A stretch of 64,000 nt of DNA, taken from Candidatus Marinacidobacterium sp. (GTDB lineage: Bacteria; Acidobacteriota; Vicinamibacteria; Marinacidobacterales; Marinacidobacteraceae). Below are positions 39,946 to 49,108 of this stretch, one piece after another. Made by a program: the position numbers and the translations under genes. Within the stretch, counting starts at the first letter, position 1. Every line of letters begins with the position of its first letter. The stretch spans positions 704,001 to 768,000 of the forward strand of contig OZ244852.1 of NCBI GenBank assembly GCA_965220965.1, read 5' to 3'. Below the pieces are notes generated by a model. It ran no database searches, was not told where the DNA came from, and saw nothing but the letters and a program-made list of their open reading frames with translations.

Positions 39946-41346
39946 TCAGCGGGCGTTCAACTGCTCGCGGAAGGCGTCCGGAACGACCATGCCGAGCGCC
40001 TCGGCCCGCGCCAGTTCGGCCCGGGCCGCCGGGAGTCGTCCCCGCTGGCGCTCCACATCCGCCAGCAGAAAGTGGAGCGCGCCGCGCTGGCGGTCCGGGA
40101 GCGCGGCGGCGGCCTCGAGGGCGCGCGCGAGCGTGGAGGCGGCCTCGTCGAGGCGACCGGCGGTCGCGAGGAGCTGTCCGAGCCCCTGGAGCGCCCCGGG
40201 GTGGTTCGGGTCTTCGGCGAGCGCCCGCCGCAGGAGGCGCTCGGCTTCGCGCAGGTCGCCGCGTTGGAAGCGGAGGCTCGAGGCGCCCAGCAGGGTCGGG
40301 ATGTGGCCGGGGTCGCTTTCGGCGGAGCGGCGGTAGAGCGTTTCCGCTTCGTCGTCCCTCCCGCTCCTCGCCAGCAGGTTGGCGAGGTTCGCCATGACCG
40401 GGCTCGAGTCCGGAGACCGCGTGAGCGCTTCCCGGTAGGCGGCTTCGGCGTCGGCCGCCCGCCCCATCCGGGAGAGCGCGTTCCCGAGGTTGTAGCGGAG
40501 GTCGGGATCCTCGGGGCGCTCGGCGATCAGCCCGCCGTAGAGCGCGGCCGCGGTCTCCGGGTCTCCGGCGGCCGCCGCCCGCCGGGCGCGGGCCTCACGG
40601 CCGACGGCGTCGGCGCGCAGGTCGAAGGCGGCCTCGAGAAGCGGGTCCGGATCGGCGGTTTCCCCCCGGGTGGGGGAGGCGGCTGCGGCGCGGGCGCGCG
40701 CCGCCGCCCGGACGGCGGCGTCCCCGTCTCCTTCCCGGCGGTGGATCTGCGCCAGGAACGACCACGCCGCCGCCGAGCTCGGGGAGCGCTCCACCAGCCG
40801 CTCGAGCTGCTCCCGCGCGGCATCGAGGTCTCGGGCGGCGATCGAGCGGCGCCCGAGCGCCAGCGCGGCCTCCACCGAATCGGGAGCGGCGGCTCGCAGG
40901 GCGATCCAGGCTTCCCCGGCGGCGTCGCGCTCGCCGAGGGCCTCGAGGAGTCGCGCCCGGAGCGCGAGGGCGGGGGGGAAGCCGGGACGCCGGTCCAGCG
41001 CCTCGCGGGCGAGATCCAGCGCTCCGGCCGGATCGCCGGACTCGAGCAGGCGGGCGTGGAGATGGGGCCAGCGGTGGTCGGCGTCGTCGAGCCGCGCCGC
41101 CTCGCGGTAGGCCACGCCCGCTTCCTCCGGGAACGAGTGCGCGTGGAGAACCATGCCGAGACGGCCCCAGGCGGCGGCTTCGCCCCGGTCGCGCTCCACC
41201 GCCGAAGTGGCGGCGGTGATGGCGCGCGCCACCGCCGGCTCCAGGCCTTCCGGGGAAATGCGGGGGATCTCGGCGCCGCCGCACGCCAGCGAGGCCAGGA
41301 GCGCGGCGGCGGCCGCTCCCCGCAGCAGGGAAGGGGGCGTCGTCAT
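39946..41346 (-). CDS. TPR-repeat lipoprotein
   Basis: LASLAC lipobox-like; many TPR helices (AWGRLGMVL, YNLGNAL, NLANLL); ATG overlaps the upstream stop. Confidence 0.8.
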   Translation of the reverse strand: MTTPPSLLRGAAAAALLASLACGGAEIPRISPEGLEPAVARAITAATSAVERDRGEAAAWGRLGMVLHAHSFPEEAGVAYREAARLDDADHRWPHLHARLLESGDPAGALDLAREALDRRPGFPPALALRARLLEALGERDAAGEAWIALRAAAPDSVEAALALGRRSIAARDLDAAREQLERLVERSPSSAAAWSFLAQIHRREGDGDAAVRAAARARAAAASPTRGETADPDPLLEAAFDLRADAVGREARARRAAAAGDPETAAALYGGLIAERPEDPDLRYNLGNALSRMGRAADAEAAYREALTRSPDSSPVMANLANLLARSGRDDEAETLYRRSAESDPGHIPTLLGASSLRFQRGDLREAERLLRRALAEDPNHPGALQGLGQLLATAGRLDEAASTLARALEAAAALPDRQRGALHFLLADVERQRGRLPAARAELARAEALGMVVPDAFREQLNAR

Positions 41347-42980
41347 GGCTCGGGGGTCCCCGCGCCCCGCCTCAGACGAATCCGGCCCGGCGCTTCCGGC
41401 GCTGGAAACGTCTCTCGCGCTCCGTCCGACCACGCGACAGCGATGCGGCGGATCGACGTTCCGGCCGGGAGCGCGAAGTGCGCGGCCGGGTCCGAGGAGC
41501 TCAGGTAGGAGACGCCCGGGTTCGCGGGGGCGGCGCGGAGGCCGTCGCCGGTCTCGAGAACCACGGTGGCGGCGTGGTCGGGCCGCGGTGGATCGCCGGA
41601 CACCGGCAGGACCGAGAGCCAGCCGTCCGCTTCCGAGTCGTTGCGAAGGATGCGCGCGGGTCCGCCGGCGGCGTTCAGCGCCAGGTCCAGGTCGCCGTCT
41701 CCATCGAAGTCGCCGGCCGCCAGGCCGCGCCCCACGGTGCGCAAGTCCCGGAGTTCGGGGGATGCGGGCCCGGCGTCCCGGAAGCCGTCGGCGCTTCCCT
41801 CGAGGAGCAGCAGCGCTTCCTCGTACTGAGCGAAGTGGGGGGAGCGCGGGGGCTCGCCCGCCGGTCGCGCGACCCGCCCGTTCGCGATCACCGCGTCGGG
41901 GCCGCCTGCACCGTCGAGGTGGGCCAGGACGACCCCGAACCCGGTGGCCGCCAGACCGAGCCGCCCGAACCCGAACCGGATGCTCGCGTCCACGAACCCG
42001 ATCCCCGGCTCCGCCAGGTAGGCGGTGTTCGTCTCGTCGGCGAAGTGGGTGAGCAGCAGGTCCAGGTCGGCGTCGCCATCCAGGTCGCCGAGGCCGATCC
42101 CCATCCCGGCTTCCGGACGACCGAAGCCGCTGAGCGCGGCGCCGAGGAGCAGCGCTTCCTCCTGAAACGTCCCGTCCCCCTGGTTCACCCAGAGGTGGTT
42201 CGCCTCGGTGTCGTTCGCGACGTAGAAGTCCGGGCGCCCGTCGCCGCTGAAGTCATGACAGACGACGCCCAGGCCGCGGGCGCGGAATGCGGCGATCCCC
42301 GACTCGCGGCTCCGGTCCTCGAACGTCCCGTCGCCCCGGTTGCGGTAGAGCCGGTCCGACAGTCCACCGATCTGCGTCGGTCCGCAGTAGTCCTCGGCTC
42401 CACCGGCGGCGTGGCAGGTGAAGCCCGGGTCGTAGTCCATGTAGCGCGTCACGAAGAGGTCGAGCCATCCGTCGCCGTCGATGTCGCAGGCGGTCGCGGA
42501 GGCCGACCAGCCGTCGGTGGGCGGAAGCCCGGGCGCCGGCTCGAAGCGCAGGTCGCCGTCGTTCCGGAGCAGGACGGCGCCGCCGAAGCCGGTGCGCAGC
42601 AGGTCCGGGTCGGCGTCCCCGTCGAAATCGAAGGCCGTCGTCCCCATGCCGTAGGCGGGGAATTCCGGAAGCGCCGGGCCGGGAGCGAACCGTCCGTCTC
42701 CGAGCCCGCGGTAAAGCTCGTCGGGGCCCCGTCCCTGGACGAGGTGGAGGTCGGGGACCCCGTCGCCGTCGGCGTCGAAGACCGCGACGCCCGAGCCCAT
42801 GATCCGCGGCATGAAGTAGGGCGGTTGCGCCTCCTCGCCGCGGCCGGTTCGGTGGACGAAGGCGACGCCGGACGACCCGGTCACGTCGGTGAACCGGGGC
42901 TGGGCGCGCGCCGGCGAGGGGAGGGATCCGGCGGCGAGCGCCGTGAGCACTGCCAGCGGGAGGAGGCGGGGGAGCTTCAG
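41343..42980 (-). CDS. CRTAC1/ASPIC-UnbV family FG-GAP repeat protein 1 (probable CTG start)
   Basis: Repeated DxDGDGxxD motifs, EAGMG, YVAND, SYLSSS..AHF C-terminal ASPIC/UnbV domain. Confidence 0.85.
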   Translation of the reverse strand: MKLPRLLPLAVLTALAAGSLPSPARAQPRFTDVTGSSGVAFVHRTGRGEEAQPPYFMPRIMGSGVAVFDADGDGVPDLHLVQGRGPDELYRGLGDGRFAPGPALPEFPAYGMGTTAFDFDGDADPDLLRTGFGGAVLLRNDGDLRFEPAPGLPPTDGWSASATACDIDGDGWLDLFVTRYMDYDPGFTCHAAGGAEDYCGPTQIGGLSDRLYRNRGDGTFEDRSRESGIAAFRARGLGVVCHDFSGDGRPDFYVANDTEANHLWVNQGDGTFQEEALLLGAALSGFGRPEAGMGIGLGDLDGDADLDLLLTHFADETNTAYLAEPGIGFVDASIRFGFGRLGLAATGFGVVLAHLDGAGGPDAVIANGRVARPAGEPPRSPHFAQYEEALLLLEGSADGFRDAGPASPELRDLRTVGRGLAAGDFDGDGDLDLALNAAGGPARILRNDSEADGWLSVLPVSGDPPRPDHAATVVLETGDGLRAAPANPGVSYLSSSDPAAHFALPAGTSIRRIAVAWSDGARETFPAPEAPGRIRLRRGAGTPEP

Positions 42981-44263
42981 CGGCGAAGCACCGACCGGGG
43001 GCCGATGTCGGCGAGCGTGGGCGTCCCGGCGAGCTGCATCGCGAGCCGCAGCTCGGCGCGCAGCATCCGGAGCACGGCTTCGACTCCCGCCTGCCCGAAC
43101 GCCGCCAGCCCCCACAGATAGGCGCGTCCCACCAGCACCGCGTCGGCGCCGAGCGCCAGCGCCTTGAAGATGTCCACGCCCCGGCGGATGCCGCTGTCGA
43201 AGATCACCGGGATCCTCCCGCCGATCGTCTCCACGACTTCGGGGAGGCTGTCGAGCGACCCGATGCCGCTCTCCTCGGCGCGCCCGCCGTGGTTCGAGAC
43301 GACGAGGCCGTCCACGCCGTGTTCGAGGCAGAGCGCGGCGTCCTCGGCGGTCACGATCCCCTTGAGCAGGATGCGCATCGAGGTCGTGTCGCGGAGGCGG
43401 CGAACGACGTCCCAGGTGAGCGCCGGCTGGTTCAGCCCGGCGAAGCGGCTCCGGCCCGAGGAGTCCTCGACGTCGATGCCGTCGAACATGCTCTTCCGGG
43501 AGACGTAGTTCGCGAAGCCCGGCCGGTGGCAGGTCGTGCACTCCCGGTTGTCGAGCCGGGCGGCGAGTTCCGTGGTGATCCGGTTGCTCCCCGCCGGCAG
43601 GTCCACGGTGAGCACGAGGGCGGGACACCCTGCGGCCTCCGCCCGCGCCACGAGCTGCTTCGTGACATCGAAGGAGGTCGTGGGGTAGAGCTGGTACCAG
43701 ACCGGCTCGCCGCGCGCCTCGTTGACCTCCTCGATCCCGGCGGTGGTGACCGTCGAGAGCAACTGGAGGTGGTCCACCTCTCCGGCGGCCCGCGCCACCG
43801 CGACCTCGCCCTCGGGATGGAACGCTTTCTGGCTGCCGCAGGGCGCGATCCCGATCGGCGAGGTCCATTCCCGGCCGAAGAGCGAGACCGACATGTCCGG
43901 GTCGGAGACATCCACCAGGCGGCGCGCGCGGATGCCGACGCGCTCGAAGGCCTCGCGATTCGCCGCCAGCGTCCCCTCGCCGTCGACCCCGGTGGCGATG
44001 TAGCCGTAGTGCGCCGGGGGCAGGTTCGCCTCCGCGACGGCGCGGAAGTCGAAGATGTCGGCGGCCTCTTCCGGGTTCGAGACTGGCGTCCGGGGGAAGC
44101 CGGTGTAACCGAAGCGCTCCCCGCCTCCCGACGGCGGCGGCGCGGGCGCCGCGACCGGATCGGTGCGGCGCTCCCAGCATCCGGCGGCGAGCAGCAGCGG
44201 GCTTCCCGCGAGGTAACGGAGGAGCCGCCGCCGGGCGGCGAGCGGAGTCTCGGGCGTCGGCAT
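42977..44263 (-). CDS. FMN-dependent alpha-hydroxy acid oxidase/dehydrogenase with Tat/lipoprotein-like signal
   Basis: WYQLY, LTVD, LKGI, VSNHGGR, DSGIRRG.DIFKALALGA, GRAYLWG; N-terminus RRRLLRYL...LAAGC. Confidence 0.9.
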   Translation of the reverse strand: MPTPETPLAARRRLLRYLAGSPLLLAAGCWERRTDPVAAPAPPPSGGGERFGYTGFPRTPVSNPEEAADIFDFRAVAEANLPPAHYGYIATGVDGEGTLAANREAFERVGIRARRLVDVSDPDMSVSLFGREWTSPIGIAPCGSQKAFHPEGEVAVARAAGEVDHLQLLSTVTTAGIEEVNEARGEPVWYQLYPTTSFDVTKQLVARAEAAGCPALVLTVDLPAGSNRITTELAARLDNRECTTCHRPGFANYVSRKSMFDGIDVEDSSGRSRFAGLNQPALTWDVVRRLRDTTSMRILLKGIVTAEDAALCLEHGVDGLVVSNHGGRAEESGIGSLDSLPEVVETIGGRIPVIFDSGIRRGVDIFKALALGADAVLVGRAYLWGLAAFGQAGVEAVLRMLRAELRLAMQLAGTPTLADIGPRSVLRR

Positions 44264-44428
44264 GGGTGGTCGGTCGGCGCCGCCGTGACGCCGGCTCCCG
44301 GCGGAGCGTATGCGGCGGCGGAAGGGGCTTCAACCCGGCGGGGCGTCGCCGGGGCCCCGGCGATCGCGCGGTATCGCGCTTGCAACCGCCTCGGGACGGC
44401 AGTCATGCTGTCGGCCGGAGGTGAGATC

Positions 44429-45523
44429 GTGCGCACCCTGCTGATGCGCGTCCTCGTCGGCGCCGCGCTCGTCTTCGGGCTCGTCGCCTGCGCCGGAGCG
44501 CCGGAGCCGGTCGCGCCGGCCGCCGGATCGGCCAGCTCGAACGGCTTTCCGGGGGCGGCCTGGGAGCGGATCGAGGATCCCCGCGCGGCCGGGTTCGACC
44601 CCGACGCGCTGGCGGACATCCGGCCTTACGTGGACGGCCTCAACACGACGGCCGTCATGGCGGTCGTCGGCGGGCGGGTGCTCTACGAGCAGGGCCCGGT
44701 GGACGCGCTCAGCTACCTGGCTTCGGTGCGGAAGAGCGTTCTCGCCATGCTCTACGGCGCCTACGTGGCGTCGGGGGAGATCGACCTCGAGCTGACGCTG
44801 GAGGACCTGGGGATGGACGATGTGGAGGGCCTCCTCCCCATCGAGCGGCGGGCGAGGGTGCTCGACCTGGTGACCGCCCGCTCCGGCGTCTACCACCCGG
44901 CCTCGAACGCCGGCGACAACCTCGCGGATGCTCCGCCGCGCGGAAGCCAGGAACCGGGAACGTATTACCTCTACAGCAACTGGGACTTCAACGCCGCCGG
45001 GGCGGTCTTCGAGCAGCTCACCGGACACAACATCTACGACGCGCTGGAGGCGGATCTCGCGGAGCCCCTCGGGTTCCAGGACTGGGACCGCTCGATCCAC
45101 AGCAAGTCGGGGGATGCGTCGAGGTCCCGCAACCTCGCCTACCACATGACGCTCTCCACCCGGGACATGGCGCGCATCGGCCTGCTGATGCTGCGCGACG
45201 GCGTCTGGGCCGGGGACCGCATCCTGCCGGAGGGGTGGGCGGAGCGCATCTCGAGCGTCATCACGCCCTCGGAGGAGATGAACCCCGACAACCTGCGCGG
45301 CGGGGAGTTCGGCTACGGCATGATGTGGTGGGTGTGGGACGGCCCCGACGTCCCCGAGGGCTTCGAGGGGGCGTACACCGGCCGCGGCGCCTACGGGCAA
45401 TACATCACCGTCATCCCGTCGCTCGACATGGTGGTGGCGCACAAGACGGCGCCGCCCGAGCGCACGCCGTGGGACGACTACATGGGAGTCCTGACGCGTC
45501 TGGTCGCCGCGCGCGGAGGGTGA
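44429..45523 (+). CDS. Serine hydrolase (beta-lactamase-like) lipoprotein
   Basis: SVRK (SxxK), YSN, RDMARIG, GAYGQ; lipobox LVAC; SD GGAGGTG. Confidence 0.85.
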   Translation: MRTLLMRVLVGAALVFGLVACAGAPEPVAPAAGSASSNGFPGAAWERIEDPRAAGFDPDALADIRPYVDGLNTTAVMAVVGGRVLYEQGPVDALSYLASVRKSVLAMLYGAYVASGEIDLELTLEDLGMDDVEGLLPIERRARVLDLVTARSGVYHPASNAGDNLADAPPRGSQEPGTYYLYSNWDFNAAGAVFEQLTGHNIYDALEADLAEPLGFQDWDRSIHSKSGDASRSRNLAYHMTLSTRDMARIGLLMLRDGVWAGDRILPEGWAERISSVITPSEEMNPDNLRGGEFGYGMMWWVWDGPDVPEGFEGAYTGRGAYGQYITVIPSLDMVVAHKTAPPERTPWDDYMGVLTRLVAARGG

Positions 45524-45562
45524 GGGCCTCAGAGATCATGGTGTTCCCAGGGAGGTGAGACG

Positions 45563-46675
45563 ATGCGTTTGCTGATGTTCCGGATATCGATCGGCGCCCT
45601 CGTTCTCGCCGGGTCCGTTTTCGCGGCGGCCGTCCACGAGGCGGAAGCGCAGGAGATGCCTGACCGCCGGGCGAGGTGCGCGCCGGACGCGGTTCCCGAG
45701 GTGGTGGCCGAGGACCTGATGTTCCAGGGAATGTGCGGCGGCGCGCTCACCGCCGTAGAGGCGGCGGAACTCGAACTCCGTCTGGAGGCGGCGCCGGACG
45801 ACCTGAAGACGCGGGCGCGCCTGCTCGGGTATCTGATGCTCCAGCCCCCCGGCGCGGGAGTGCGGCGAAATCGTACGGAGCACGCACTCTGGTTCATCCG
45901 GAACGAACCGGAGCTTCGCATCAGCGGGAGTCCCTTCGTTCACATCATGGGACCCGAGACGGCGCGGGCCGCCGCGCGCCAGGTCTGGGCGGAGCATCTG
46001 GAGCGGGATCCGGAGAATCTGGCGATCCTGCGGAACGCCGCCTGGTTCCACTCGCTGCCTTCCGCAGACGGAAACGAAGCCATCGAACTCCTGGAGCGTG
46101 GTCGCCGGCTCGATCCGACGAACCCCCACTGGTCCCGGCAGTTGGGACAACTGACGGAGTGGGACCCCCGCTCCGGACCCGAGAAGGAGCCCGAGCGGGC
46201 GCGTCAGTCCCTCGACCACTACGAGCGGGCGTGGGAGCTCTCCGACCTCTCCGGACGGGATCGGCTCCTCGAGCAGCTCGCCTGGGCTGCGCTCGAAGCC
46301 GGGGAGCTCGGCAAGGCCCGCGAGTACGCCGAGGCGATGCTGGTGGAGTACCCGGCCGAGGGCAATCTGACTGGCCACCTCCAACACGGCAATATGGTTC
46401 TGGGGCATCTGGCGCTGGCCGAGGGGGACATCGAGGAGGCGAAGGTCCGGCTGCTGGCCGCGGTCGAAACCGGTGGGACAGGCAGGCCAGGCTCTTTCCG
46501 GCCGTTCATGGGGCTCGCGAAGAAGCTGTTGGAGCGGGGCGAATCCGCGGTCGTGCTCGCCTACCTCGAGCGGGCCAGTGAACTGTGGACGAGGCGCGCC
46601 CCGAGAATCGCCGAATGGACGCGCGCGGTGGAAGCTGGCGAGATGCCCGACTTCGGACCCTATGCCATCCGCTGA
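45563..46675 (+). CDS. Secreted TPR-like hypothetical protein, tandem paralog A (370 aa)
   Basis: Signal peptide ending AEA-Q; helical repeats; SD GGAGGTG; collinear with the next gene. Confidence 0.8.
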   Translation: MRLLMFRISIGALVLAGSVFAAAVHEAEAQEMPDRRARCAPDAVPEVVAEDLMFQGMCGGALTAVEAAELELRLEAAPDDLKTRARLLGYLMLQPPGAGVRRNRTEHALWFIRNEPELRISGSPFVHIMGPETARAAARQVWAEHLERDPENLAILRNAAWFHSLPSADGNEAIELLERGRRLDPTNPHWSRQLGQLTEWDPRSGPEKEPERARQSLDHYERAWELSDLSGRDRLLEQLAWAALEAGELGKAREYAEAMLVEYPAEGNLTGHLQHGNMVLGHLALAEGDIEEAKVRLLAAVETGGTGRPGSFRPFMGLAKKLLERGESAVVLAYLERASELWTRRAPRIAEWTRAVEAGEMPDFGPYAIR

Positions 46676-46741
46676 CCGGGCGAGCCTTCCGACTCAGGAC
46701 TTCGCGGGCCGATGCGTGGCGGCGCCCGCCAGGAGGTGAGA

Positions 46742-47854
46742 ATGCGTTCCCTGATGTTCGGGACATCGATCGGGGTTGTGGTTCTCGCCGGGCTGGTGCT
46801 CCCGGCGGCCGTCCACGACACGGAAGCCCAGGAGTTCCCCGACTTCGGGGAGATGTGTGATCCGGGGCCTGCGTTCGAGTTTCTGGCCGAGAACCTGACG
46901 ATTCAGGCCGCGTGCGGCGGCGAACTCACCGCCGAGCAGGCCGCCGGCCTCGAACGCCGCCTGGAGGAGGCGCCCGCCGATCTCAAGGCGCGGGCCCGCC
47001 TGCTCGGATACCTCGATCGCCGGTACGAGGACGCGGCCGCGCAGCGGAAGCGCCTGGAGCTTGCCCTCTGGTTCATCCGGAACGAGCCCGGGCTCGAGTT
47101 CACCGGAAGCTCGTTCGCCGAGATCATCAGACCTTACGCCGAAGACGCCTGGCTTACCGCTCGTCAGCTCTGGCTCGCGCACCTCGAAGCGCATCCCGAT
47201 GATCCGGCGATTCTCCGAAACGCCGCCGGTTTCTTCACCATGGACGAGCGGGAGATGTCCGCCGAGCTCCTCGAGCGCGGCGCCCGGCTGGAGCCGACGA
47301 ACCCGCACTGGCCGCGGGAACGGGGCCATCTGGCCGAACTGGGCGAAATCGGCGACGATGGCCGCGATCCGGAGCGGGCGCGCGAGGCGCTCGCTCACTA
47401 CGAGCGCGCCTGGGAGCTCTCGGACCTCTCCGGGCGGGACAACCTGCTGGAACAGCTCGCCTGGGCCGCGCTCGACGCCGGGGAGGACGGCAAGGCCCGC
47501 GAATACGCCGAGGCGATGCTGGTGGAGTATCCGGACGAGGGCAATCTGGAGGCCCACACCCACAACGGCAACATCGTGCTGGGGCGCCTCGCGCTGGCGG
47601 ACGGCGACATCGAGGAGGCGAAGGCCCGCCTGCTGGCCGCCGCCGAGACGGACGCGTCACCGGTGCTCGCCTCCTTCGGCCCGGAGTTCGGGCTCGCGAA
47701 GGAGCTGCTGGAGCTGGGGGAATCCGAGACGGTTCTGGGCTACCTGCGGCGGTGCGGCGAGTTCTGGGAGATGGGAGCCGAGCCGTTGGCCGAATGGATC
47801 CGCGCGATCGAGGCGGGCGAAACCCCCGACTTCGGCCGATACGCCAGGCGCTGA
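46742..47854 (+). CDS. Secreted TPR-like hypothetical protein, tandem paralog B (370 aa)
   Basis: Signal peptide ending TEA-Q; shares ALWFIRNEP, HYERAWELSDLSGRD, GKAREYAEAMLVEYP with paralog A. Confidence 0.8.
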   Translation: MRSLMFGTSIGVVVLAGLVLPAAVHDTEAQEFPDFGEMCDPGPAFEFLAENLTIQAACGGELTAEQAAGLERRLEEAPADLKARARLLGYLDRRYEDAAAQRKRLELALWFIRNEPGLEFTGSSFAEIIRPYAEDAWLTARQLWLAHLEAHPDDPAILRNAAGFFTMDEREMSAELLERGARLEPTNPHWPRERGHLAELGEIGDDGRDPERAREALAHYERAWELSDLSGRDNLLEQLAWAALDAGEDGKAREYAEAMLVEYPDEGNLEAHTHNGNIVLGRLALADGDIEEAKARLLAAAETDASPVLASFGPEFGLAKELLELGESETVLGYLRRCGEFWEMGAEPLAEWIRAIEAGETPDFGRYARR

Positions 47855-47867
47855 GCCGGCGCCGGAC

Positions 47868-48995
47868 TCAGATCCGGATCCGGCGCGCCACCTGACCGTT
47901 GTTCTCCCACGGGGTGGCCTTCCGGTGGGAGGCCTCCGCCTCGGTGGGCTGGAGGCCGCGGGCGTCGCGCGCCCGCGAGACGAGCGTGTGCTCACCCGGC
48001 GCGGGGGCGCGCCAGTCGAGCGCGAAGTGGCGGAACCCGAACCGGTGCGCCCCCGGCGCTAATTCGGTGGCCCGCCACGGGCCTTCGTCCACCTGGACTT
48101 CCACACCGCTGACCGGCTCGCTCCCGTCATTCCAGGCCAGCCCGCTGATCCGGAGGTCGCCCCCCGTCGATGGTTCGACCCGGGTGACCAGCGACTTGAG
48201 TCGCATGCGCCCGATGGCGCTGGCCTCGTGGACCACCCCCGCCGGGGTCTCCACTCCCCGGACCGTCACGTAGTCCTTGGCCTGGAACCAGCCGGCGAAG
48301 CGGGTGGGCCAGACCTCGATCCGCTCGACCCACTTGACCTGCGCGACGCCGTAGAAGCCGGGGACGACGAGGCGGAGCGGACCCCCGTGTTCCGGGGGCA
48401 GCGGCTCGCCGTTCATGGTGTCGGCGAGCAGCGCCCCCGGCGCGAGCGCGTCGGCCAGCGGGAGGCTGCGGGCGAAGCGGGCGGGGTAGCGGTTGCCTCG
48501 GAGCCGCTCCTCGGCGTGGTCGGCGCCGAAGAAGACGACATCGCGGTCGTCCGGGCCGACGAGGCCATCGAGGAGCGGAGCGAGCGGCGTCCCGCCCCAG
48601 CGCGCCGCTCCCACCAGCCCGTGCATCCCCACGCCGCCGTTGCCGCAGCACTCGAAGAGAGCGACCGATTCGCGGCGTGGCGGCCGGGCGAGCTCGGCGA
48701 GAGTCAGCTCGCGCACCGGGGGCTCGCCGCGCTTTCCGATGCGGACCCGGAACTCCGGGCGGTCCAGCCGGGGAATCTCCCCGTGGTGGAGGACGAAGAA
48801 ATCCTCGTTGCTCACCGTCTCGCCGGTCACCCCGGTGAGGTCGGTGAACCGGGCTCTCACCCCCTCGGGCAGCGGGGCCAGATCGGCCCAGGGCAGGGGA
48901 GAGGCCGCCTGGAGGAGCGGTCGGCCGCCTCCGGCCACGCTCCGTCCCAGCAACGGCGCTCCGGCCAGCGCGGCGAGGACGTCCCGGCGGCGCAC
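47868..48995 (-). CDS. Sulfite oxidase-family molybdopterin oxidoreductase with Tat-like signal
   Basis: RRRDVL; FFVLHH, ECCGN (Mo-ligand Cys), FARSL, MNGEPLPPEHGGPLRLVVPGFYG..VKW; GTG start 48995 inferred. Confidence 0.85.
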   Translation of the reverse strand: MRRRDVLAALAGAPLLGRSVAGGGRPLLQAASPLPWADLAPLPEGVRARFTDLTGVTGETVSNEDFFVLHHGEIPRLDRPEFRVRIGKRGEPPVRELTLAELARPPRRESVALFECCGNGGVGMHGLVGAARWGGTPLAPLLDGLVGPDDRDVVFFGADHAEERLRGNRYPARFARSLPLADALAPGALLADTMNGEPLPPEHGGPLRLVVPGFYGVAQVKWVERIEVWPTRFAGWFQAKDYVTVRGVETPAGVVHEASAIGRMRLKSLVTRVEPSTGGDLRISGLAWNDGSEPVSGVEVQVDEGPWRATELAPGAHRFGFRHFALDWRAPAPGEHTLVSRARDARGLQPTEAEASHRKATPWENNGQVARRIRI

Positions 48996-49108
48996 GGATT
49001 CAGGCCGTTCCGGAGAGGTAGGGCGCGACGCCGCCCTTCCCCACGGGCGACCCCCCGTCCCGGGTCGGGGAGAGGCGCTGACCGCGTCCCTCCCCGCCCG
49101 GGATCCCG

